In this document: positions 1 through 6,843 of the stretch, piece by piece
How positions within the stretch are numbered: position 1 is the stretch's first letter
Layout: each line of letters begins with the position of its first letter
From: an uncultured bacterium
GTDB lineage: Bacteria; Bacteroidota; Bacteroidia; Chitinophagales; CAIODY01
Reading direction: 5' to 3'
DNA: 64,000 nt
NCBI GenBank assembly: GCA_903857255.1
Contig: CAIODY010000115.1
Location: 10,068 to 74,067, forward strand
Notes under the pieces: model-generated
The model's database searches: none
The model's input: the letters and a program-made list of their open reading frames with translations, nothing else
Told to the model about the DNA's origin: nothing
Translations under genes and position numbers: made by a program

Positions 1-2609
1 AAAGTGTTCGTAGCTCGAATTTGATTTTCAAATTCACCATTCCATGTAATGCTGTAACCTGTGCCAATATTCACTTTTGCAGCCACTTTCTCTTGCGCTT
101 CTTTTATTGTACTTCCTAAATCTCTATCACGAACAGAAAATTTTACAGCAATGTAACGCATGTTATTATCACGATAAATAAATGCAGGTCCAGTGATAGT
201 TTTGATGTCGGCAATTTCTTTTATCGGAATTTTTGAACCATCATTTGCAGGTATCATCAGGTTCATAATTTTGTCGTAGCTATCTCTAAAATCTTTTTGA
301 TAGCGAATACGAATATCAAAATGTTTTTCTTCCTGATACAGTTCTGTAGCAGCTTTGCCACCAATTGCCATTTCAATTACGGCTTGTGCATCAGCAGTAG
401 TTACACCATACAGCGCCATTTTTTGTTGGTCTAATTCGATGCGAAACTCGGGCTGACCAAGGTTTCGCAAAATTCCTAAATCGGTTGCGCCTCTCACGGT
501 TTTTAAAATGTCCATTATCGAGTCAGCTTTTTTATCCAACACTTTAAAATTTGGACCAAAAATTTTCACCGCCATTGAAGCTGGAACGCCTGCCACCGCT
601 TCTTCTACATTATCTCTAATCGGTTGAGAATAGTTTAAAATGCAACCCGGAATTTTGCTCAATTGCGAATCCATCGAAGCAATTAAAGCATCAGTGGTTA
701 AACCACTTCGCCATTCTTTTTTGGGCTTTAAATCAACTGCAATTTCAACATTGTAAAATCCTTTGGGGTCAGTACCATCATTGGTTCTGCCCACTTGTGC
801 TAACGTGTGTTTTACCTCTGGAAATTTGCGAATAATGTTCGTCATTTTTTCCGAGTATTTTAACGATTGACTTAATGATGTACTCATCGGATATTGCGAT
901 TTTACCCACAATGCGCCTTCATCTAATTGTGGTAGAAATTCGGAGCCCAACCATTTGGCAGAAATAAAAGTGAGTATCATAAATGCTATCGCAATTCCTA
1001 AACTTAATTTTTTGTAGCGATAAGTTTTATCAAACATTTTCATGGTTGAATTGGTGATGAATTCAACAAAGAAATTGTGTTTCTCTTTTACATTTTTTCG
1101 CAACAAAATCGAGCTTAATGCAGGCACTAAAGTGAGTGTATAAATCAATGCGCCCAACAACGCAAAACCCAGTGTGTAAGCCAGTGGAGCAAACATTTTG
1201 CCTTCCACTTTTTGAAATGCAAAAATCGGAATCAAGCAAGTGATGATAATTAATTTTGAAAAGAAAATCGACTTGCCCATTTCGGTGCCAATGCTTTTAA
1301 ACAAACCCAATTTTGCCAAGTTGTTAAACTTCTCCATGCCTACTTCTTTTGCTTTATGGTCGAGCACCACAAAAATGCCCTCGACCATTACGACCGCTCC
1401 GTCAATAATAATCCCAAAGTCGATAGCGCCCATGGATAGTAGGTTTGCGGTCATTCCTTTTATTCGCATCAACATAAATGCAAACAACAATGCCAGCGGA
1501 ATTACAATGGATACGACAATTGTCGTACGCCAGTCCGCCATAAAAATCAACACAATAAATGTTACCAGCAAAATGCCTTCAATCAAATTGTGAATCACCG
1601 TTTCGGTGCAAAAATCCATCAAATTTGTTCGGTCATAAAAGGTTTCAATTTTTACACCTTGTGGCAAAATTCTTTCGTTCAAATCTTTTACTTTCTCTCT
1701 TATTTTTTCCAACACTTCGCTTGGGTTTTCACCTTTTCGCATCACAATAATTCCTTCCACTACATCGTGCAAAGTGTCTTTGCTGGCTTGTCCTAGCCTT
1801 GGCAAACCACTTTCTTTTACATCAGCCACGTTGCTCACTTTTATCGGCACACCTTTGATGTTGGTTACAATTACATTTTCGATGTCGGAAATATCATTCA
1901 ACAAACCGATGCCTCGAACCACATACGCCTGTCCATTTTTTTCAATCACATCACCACCCACATTGATGTTGCTTTTTGAAACAGCATTATACACATCCAA
2001 TGAGGTAAGATTGTATTTGGCAAGCATTTGCGGATTCACCGCTATCTCGTATGATTTTTCTTCGCCACCAAAACTGTTTACATCTGCCACACCTTGAATG
2101 CGCTTGAATTCTTTATCCAAAGTCCATTCTTGAATGGTTGTTAAATCATGAATGGAAGCAGTTTTACTTTTTAAAGTGTAACGAAAAACTTCGCCCGTAG
2201 GTCCGTAAGGAGGCTCTACTTCTGGTCTTACGCCATCTGGTAAATCGGCATTTACAATTCTACTCATCACTTGTTGTCGTGCAAATGCATCTTCTGTTAC
2301 ATCATCATCAAAAATTATTCGGATGTAAGAAAGCCCGAAAGAGCTTGTTGTACGCAGGTTTGCTTTTTTCTGAACCGTATTTAAAACCGTTTCTAAAGGA
2401 ATGGTTACAAACTTTTCCATCTCTTCGGCACTGCGACCTTGCCATTGTGTGATGATGATAATTTGTGTGTTTGTAACATCCGGAAATGTTTCAATCGGCG
2501 TATTCAAATAGCTCACAACGCCGATGACTGCAAGGATTCCAGTCATGAAGAAAACAAAATAGCGATGGCGCAAGGAGAAATGAATGATGGCTTTGATAAA
2601 CTTGTTCAT
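1..2609 (-). CDS. czcA: Heavy-metal/cation efflux RND permease, CzcA/CusA family (N-terminal ~870 aa; gene runs off the window start)
   Basis: Absent from the ORF track because there is no stop in the window. My reverse-strand translation from the ATG at 2609-2607 reads MNKFIKAIIHFSLRHRYFVFFMTGILAVIGVVSYLNTPIETFPDVTNTQIIIITQWQGRSAEEMEKF..., and the frame stays open to base 1. The + strand ORFs at 1240-2768 are shadow ORFs. It lies downstream of the adaptor and TolC genes on the same strand. Confidence 0.85.
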   Translation of the reverse strand, partial: MNKFIKAIIHFSLRHRYFVFFMTGILAVIGVVSYLNTPIETFPDVTNTQIIIITQWQGRSAEEMEKFVTIPLETVLNTVQKKANLRTTSSFGLSYIRIIFDDDVTEDAFARQQVMSRIVNADLPDGVRPEVEPPYGPTGEVFRYTLKSKTASIHDLTTIQEWTLDKEFKRIQGVADVNSFGGEEKSYEIAVNPQMLAKYNLTSLDVYNAVSKSNINVGGDVIEKNGQAYVVRGIGLLNDISDIENVIVTNIKGVPIKVSNVADVKESGLPRLGQASKDTLHDVVEGIIVMRKGENPSEVLEKIREKVKDLNERILPQGVKIETFYDRTNLMDFCTETVIHNLIEGILLVTFIVLIFMADWRTTIVVSIVIPLALLFAFMLMRIKGMTANLLSMGAIDFGIIIDGAVVMVEGIFVVLDHKAKEVGMEKFNNLAKLGLFKSIGTEMGKSIFFSKLIIITCLIPIFAFQKVEGKMFAPLAYTLGFALLGALIYTLTLVPALSSILLRKNVKEKHNFFVEFITNSTMKMFDKTYRYKKLSLGIAIAFMILTFISAKWLGSEFLPQLDEGALWVKSQYPMSTSLSQSLKYSEKMTNIIRKFPEVKHTLAQVGRTNDGTDPKGFYNVEIAVDLKPKKEWRSGLTTDALIASMDSQLSKIPGCILNYSQPIRDNVEEAVAGVPASMAVKIFGPNFKVLDKKADSIMDILKTVRGATDLGILRNLGQPEFRIELDQQKMALYGVTTADAQAVIEMAIGGKAATELYQEEKHFDIRIRYQKDFRDSYDKIMNLMIPANDGSKIPIKEIADIKTITGPAFIYRDNNMRYIAVKFSVRDRDLGSTIKEAQEKVAAKVNIGTGYSITWNGEFENQIRATNT

Positions 2610-2661
2610 GAGTTGTTGTTCGTTAATTTAATTTTGAAAATGTCATTCGATAATGACCATT

Positions 2662-3762
2662 TTAATTTTGTGTCAATTGATTATAAACCAACAATTGCCC
2701 AGCCGATAATAATTTATCGCCCGGCTGAATGCCGCTTCGTACATAGGTTTTGCCATCTACCTCTTTAATAATATCAATTTGCGAAACGCTTAAATCGCAA
2801 TTACCATTGTATTTTATAACGAAGTTTTTGCCAAATTCAAAAATGATAGCAGCACTCGGAATCACAGTAGCAGCAAGCCTTTCCTTGTTGGTTACAATCA
2901 CTTGAGCAAACATATCGGGCTTCAACAACAAGCCTTCATTCGGAATGCGAACACGAACTTTCATCACTTTATTATCAGGGTCAAGCACTTCACTTACCTT
3001 TTCGATTTTGCCTTTAAAAACTTTGTCTTTATAAGCCAAAGTAGTGATGCTGGCTTCATAGCCTTCTTTCACTTTTTCAATATCACTTTCAAAAACATTT
3101 GCCATCACCCACACATCTTTCAAATCAGAAATGGTAAATAAATTATCACCAGCATCTGTTCGCACCGTCATGCCTGTTGAGATTTTTTTCTCCACCACAT
3201 AACCATTAATCGGTGCTTTAATCACATAATCGCTGCCCGTTCCATTGCTGCCATAAATCGAACCCACACTTTGATTTTTGGTGTAAGCCGACACTGCTTT
3301 TTCATAATTTTGTTTCGCTTCTAAATATTCTTTTTCGCTGCTGATGCCGCTTTTGTAAAGCTGTTCAGCCTGCTCCATTGTTTTTTTAGAAATTTCTACA
3401 TCCGCTTTTGACGAAGCCAAATCGCTGTTTGTTCCAGCAATTTCAACGCTTTTCATCACCGCCAAAATTTGCCCAGCATGCACATAATCGCCCAAGCCCA
3501 CTTTCACATCCAACACTTGTCCGCTGGCGTAAGGATAAATTTTCACCACCTTATCTTGGTTGTATGTTATTTGCCCAGTCAGCGTTAATTCGTCTTTAAT
3601 ATTTTCCGAAGTTGCTTCGCTGATTTGCACCAAATGTTGCATGCTATCACTCAAACAATATTTGCCATCGCCGCTGTTTGTGGCTTCTGTTTTTTTAGAA
3701 TGACAAGCCTGCAAAGCCAATGCTGTGGCTGTAATTGCAACGATTTGTTTTAAATATTTCAT
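2662..3762 (-). CDS. czcB: Efflux RND periplasmic adaptor (membrane fusion protein, CzcB/HlyD-like)
   Basis: 366 aa. Lipoprotein-like N-terminus (ALALQAC). Coiled-coil hairpin flanked by barrel-sandwich segments typical of MFPs. Sits directly upstream of the RND permease. Confidence 0.8.
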   Translation of the reverse strand: MKYLKQIVAITATALALQACHSKKTEATNSGDGKYCLSDSMQHLVQISEATSENIKDELTLTGQITYNQDKVVKIYPYASGQVLDVKVGLGDYVHAGQILAVMKSVEIAGTNSDLASSKADVEISKKTMEQAEQLYKSGISSEKEYLEAKQNYEKAVSAYTKNQSVGSIYGSNGTGSDYVIKAPINGYVVEKKISTGMTVRTDAGDNLFTISDLKDVWVMANVFESDIEKVKEGYEASITTLAYKDKVFKGKIEKVSEVLDPDNKVMKVRVRIPNEGLLLKPDMFAQVIVTNKERLAATVIPSAAIIFEFGKNFVIKYNGNCDLSVSQIDIIKEVDGKTYVRSGIQPGDKLLSAGQLLVYNQLTQN

Positions 3763-4029
3763 CTTGTGTTTTTGTTTTTTTATCTAAATTTTATTCGCAA
3801 AACTTGCGATTGTGTTTTTGTTTTTTTGTGGGCGGCACACTGGCTTTTCGTTTCAATCTTTTTTGCGCCAATGCTCAAAGCTCTGCTTCGCAAAAAAGGA
3901 TTTTCACTTCAATCCCTGCCGCAAATCCAACTGCACTTTTCACCACTTTTTTCTTTGTCAATCAGTCAATTTTATTTCTAAAATCGTACTCAACAACTTT
4001 ATCAAACATTGAGTTATTGAGTCATTAAG

Positions 4030-5310
4030 CTATTGAGCAATTATACTTTTTCCCACCGAAAAATTCACTTCTTCAATGGCATTATGCGTATCGTTTATCA
4101 ACTGCAAAGCCTTTAGTTTAGTGTCTTTATAAGTGTCGAAAAAATCCATCAACTCTAACAAACTCAAATTTCTTTGGCGATAATTCAACAACATATTGTT
4201 CAACATCTCATCATATTTTTTACCTAAATTTTCACTTACATTTTCATTCAAAGTTGCCGAGCTTTTTAATTTCTGAACAGCCGATGTAACATCAGTTGCC
4301 ACATTTTTTTCCAACTGCATTTGTTGCTCTTGCGATTGCGATAAAAAACTTTTTGCAGCCTTCACATTTTTGCGGTTGGTGTTCAAAATCGGCAATGGCA
4401 TTGAGATGGCAAGCCCCCAATAATCGGTGATGTAATTACTATTGTGGTCAAATTCGGGTCCTAAAGTTAAATCGGGTACTTCGCCAGCACGTTGCAAATC
4501 AACATTATGTTGTTGTTGTTGAGTTTGCATTTGTTGAATTTTAAAATCGCTTCGGTTGTCTTTTGCAATCAAAAACAAACTGCCTGCATCCAACTTTTCA
4601 ACCGCAGCTGATGATATAGAATCACTCACCATTGGCATCACATAAGCGTTTTCGGGCAACATTAATAATTGACGCAATTCAGCTTCTACATCAATCAATT
4701 GTTTTTGATTTTGCAATCGGTCATTTTTGGTGCTGAATAAATCTGCTTGTACTCGTAGCAAATCCTTTGCCGCTGCGTTACCTACTTTCACTTGTTCGCC
4801 AATGGCGTTGGCTAATTTTTCCAATTCGGTGGTTTCATCGGCAAATAATTTATCGGCTTCTATAAAGTTTTTAGCATTGAATAAATCTGAATGCAGCGTT
4901 AATCGTAGGTTTCGCAACAAATCATCCAATTGCAATTTGGCAATTTCATAATTGTCTTTTGCAATCGCAACCGATGCTTTGCGCTTTCCGCCCAACTTAA
5001 TTAATTGCTGCACTTGCACATAAGTTTGCCCAGTGCTGGTGTTGTCGAAATATTTTTTGGTGTATTGATTGTAAATATTCTCATCAATATTCAACGTTGG
5101 GTTATCCCATTTTTTTGCTTGGCTCACCAAAGCCAAATAGGCATCAATATTATATTTCGCCGCCAAAATGGATAAATTTTTATCCATAAATATTTTTTCG
5201 GCTTGCTGAATATTTAATTTCAGTGTGTCGTTATTAGTGGTTTGCGCTGTTGCAAAATTTGCTATAGCAGCCAAACATAGGAACAACATAAAATAGATGT
5301 GCTTGAACAT
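4030..5310 (-). CDS. czcC: TolC-family outer membrane efflux protein (CzcC-like)
   Basis: 426 aa. Signal peptide, two-repeat coiled-coil/beta architecture, first gene of the efflux triad. Confidence 0.8.
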   Translation of the reverse strand: MFKHIYFMLFLCLAAIANFATAQTTNNDTLKLNIQQAEKIFMDKNLSILAAKYNIDAYLALVSQAKKWDNPTLNIDENIYNQYTKKYFDNTSTGQTYVQVQQLIKLGGKRKASVAIAKDNYEIAKLQLDDLLRNLRLTLHSDLFNAKNFIEADKLFADETTELEKLANAIGEQVKVGNAAAKDLLRVQADLFSTKNDRLQNQKQLIDVEAELRQLLMLPENAYVMPMVSDSISSAAVEKLDAGSLFLIAKDNRSDFKIQQMQTQQQQHNVDLQRAGEVPDLTLGPEFDHNSNYITDYWGLAISMPLPILNTNRKNVKAAKSFLSQSQEQQMQLEKNVATDVTSAVQKLKSSATLNENVSENLGKKYDEMLNNMLLNYRQRNLSLLELMDFFDTYKDTKLKALQLINDTHNAIEEVNFSVGKSIIAQ

Positions 5311-5367
5311 TTTTAGAAATAAATTTTAGTAAATTATTTTGATTTGAATCGCGTTGACGAAAACGAA

Positions 5368-5733
5368 TCATATCAAAAACACACCCAAAGTTGGGCATGA
5401 ATGTAAGAATGGCAAAACATTACATGCGAAAATATTCGTCAATACAATGTTAGCTGTTGTATTTTCTTTGAAAAAAAAGTTGAAATTATTGCAATAAGTA
5501 GTTGTATGATTTTCTTGATTGCTTTCCGAAACATCATCATCGTCATCGCACAAATAAGAATACTCAGTCAATATCACCGCTGATTTATGTGCCGATGAAA
5601 ATTTTGCAGAATGACCATGGGCAAGCTGTTGAACCGATTTAGCAAATAAATTATTTCCACAAAAAGAAAACACGAATCCAATCAATAGAATGGATGAAAT
5701 TTTAAAGAAAATATTTAAGCTGTTTGTTTTCAA
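5368..5733 (-). CDS. Small N-terminally anchored Cys/His/Asp-rich protein of unknown function
   Basis: 121 aa. N-terminal hydrophobic segment, HGHSAKFSSAH, CDDDDD, and five further Cys. Lies 57 bp upstream of czcC on the same strand. Confidence 0.4.
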   Translation of the reverse strand: MKTNSLNIFFKISSILLIGFVFSFCGNNLFAKSVQQLAHGHSAKFSSAHKSAVILTEYSYLCDDDDDVSESNQENHTTTYCNNFNFFFKENTTANIVLTNIFACNVLPFLHSCPTLGVFLI

Positions 5734-5819
5734 GCGAATTAATAGACTGCAAAAATATTAATAGTTTAATCACTTAAATCAGCCAATCAAATCCTTAACT
5801 TGATTTTAACATTCAAAAA

Positions 5820-6167
5820 TTACATGGCATCGCGTAAATATCTTCCGCTCAAAGCACTGATGCCACCAACGATTGCGCCGATGAGTGAATTAACAACTAC
5901 CAACAACCAAACCCATTCGTGTTTAAAAAATAATTGGCTGATGCGTTTTGCCAAAATGAAATTGTTTTGAAAACTAATCATTGAAATCATGATTGCCCAC
6001 AAAAAAAACACAGCAAAAAATCCAACCAAAAATGCAGCGAATGGTTTTCGTTTTGCACCTAAAAAACCAATGGCAAAAGTTGGAACAGCTAAAGTGTACC
6101 AAGGTAAAAAATATTGAAAAGCCGCTACTAATAAGGCTGTTAAGATGATTAAAAGAATGTTTTTCAT
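5820..6167 (-). CDS. Small integral membrane protein (about 4 TM), unknown function
   Basis: 115 aa, almost entirely hydrophobic helices. No recognisable motif. Confidence 0.45.
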   Translation of the reverse strand: MKNILLIILTALLVAAFQYFLPWYTLAVPTFAIGFLGAKRKPFAAFLVGFFAVFFLWAIMISMISFQNNFILAKRISQLFFKHEWVWLLVVVNSLIGAIVGGISALSGRYLRDAM

Positions 6168-6177
6168 TGAAATGATT

Positions 6178-6245
6178 TTTGGTTAATGAAGTTTGGCGAA
6201 CTTTTAAAGTTCGCCAAACTTTCGTGATTTTTATTTTGGTAAAAA
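6178..6245. repeat. 68-bp direct repeat, copy A, containing a 33-nt palindrome (6189-6221)
   Basis: 64 of 68 positions identical to 6776-6843 at a constant offset of 598 bp. The palindrome is AAGTTTGGCGAACTTT-T-AAAGTTCGCCAAACTT. Confidence 0.9.
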
Positions 6246-6506
6246 TTATTTGTAGTGAAATTTACAATGAATAATTTCAATAAAATCGTTGGTAACACGA
6301 TAAACCAAACGATGCTCGTCAGTAATTCTTCGGCTCCAATAGCCTTTCAATTCATGCTTTAACGGTTCGGGTTTACCTTTTCCTGTAAATGGTGTTCTTG
6401 AAATTTCTTTAATCAAATCAACTAATCGTTGATGTACTTTTTTATCTTCAATCAGCCATTGATTATATTCTTCAAAAGCATTTTGAGTGAACTGAATATT
6501 TTTCAT
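6246..6506 (-). CDS. yoeB: Type II toxin YoeB/Txe family (ribosome-dependent mRNA interferase)
   Basis: 86 aa. The string RTPFTGKGKPEPLKHELKGYWSRRITDEHRLVYRV and the C-terminal FHY match E. coli YoeB nearly position for position. 4-bp ATGA overlap with the upstream antitoxin. Confidence 0.9.
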   Translation of the reverse strand: MKNIQFTQNAFEEYNQWLIEDKKVHQRLVDLIKEISRTPFTGKGKPEPLKHELKGYWSRRITDEHRLVYRVTNDFIEIIHCKFHYK

Positions 6507-6730
6507 TTCAAATCGTCTAAATTCATTGAAATTGTTTTTCCGTTTTTTGCCTGTTCAATTGATTCCATCAGGCGTTGTTTGTTAGCTGGATTAGAAAGCA
6601 AATATTCGGTGTCATCATCCAATTCAGATGAAATGGTGATAGTAACTTTTTTATGTTTGAAAAGCTCTTTTATTTTTTGCAAAAATGAATTGTCTAATTC
6701 ATCTATGTTGGCTTGCAATGTTGTGTACAT
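6503..6730 (-). CDS. Antitoxin for YoeB. The C-terminal half is YefM-like; the N-terminal half is atypical.
   Basis: 75 aa. TEYLLSNPANKQRLMESIEQAKNGK aligns with the YefM toxin-binding tail ([27 protein letters not shown]). Translationally coupled to yoeB. Confidence 0.75.
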   Translation of the reverse strand: MYTTLQANIDELDNSFLQKIKELFKHKKVTITISSELDDDTEYLLSNPANKQRLMESIEQAKNGKTISMNLDDLK

Positions 6731-6775
6731 GGCGTTTTTGTTTTTACAAAGGTAAATAAAAATTTAGCGAAAATA

Positions 6776-6843
6776 TTTGGTGAATGAAGTTTGGCGAACT
6801 TTTAAAGTTCGCCAAACTTTTATGATTTTTATTTTGGTGAAAA
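6776..6843. repeat. 68-bp direct repeat, copy B, containing a 33-nt palindrome (6787-6819) and the acylase stop region
   Basis: Same as copy A. Its right end covers the last 4 codons plus the stop of the acylase gene (FSPK*). Confidence 0.9.

Noticed and set aside
1240-2768. Five + strand ORFs of 63-117 aa in the first 2.8 kb
   Set aside because: They lie opposite an uninterrupted CzcA-type reading frame on the minus strand and have low-complexity, hydrophobic, shadow-ORF composition.
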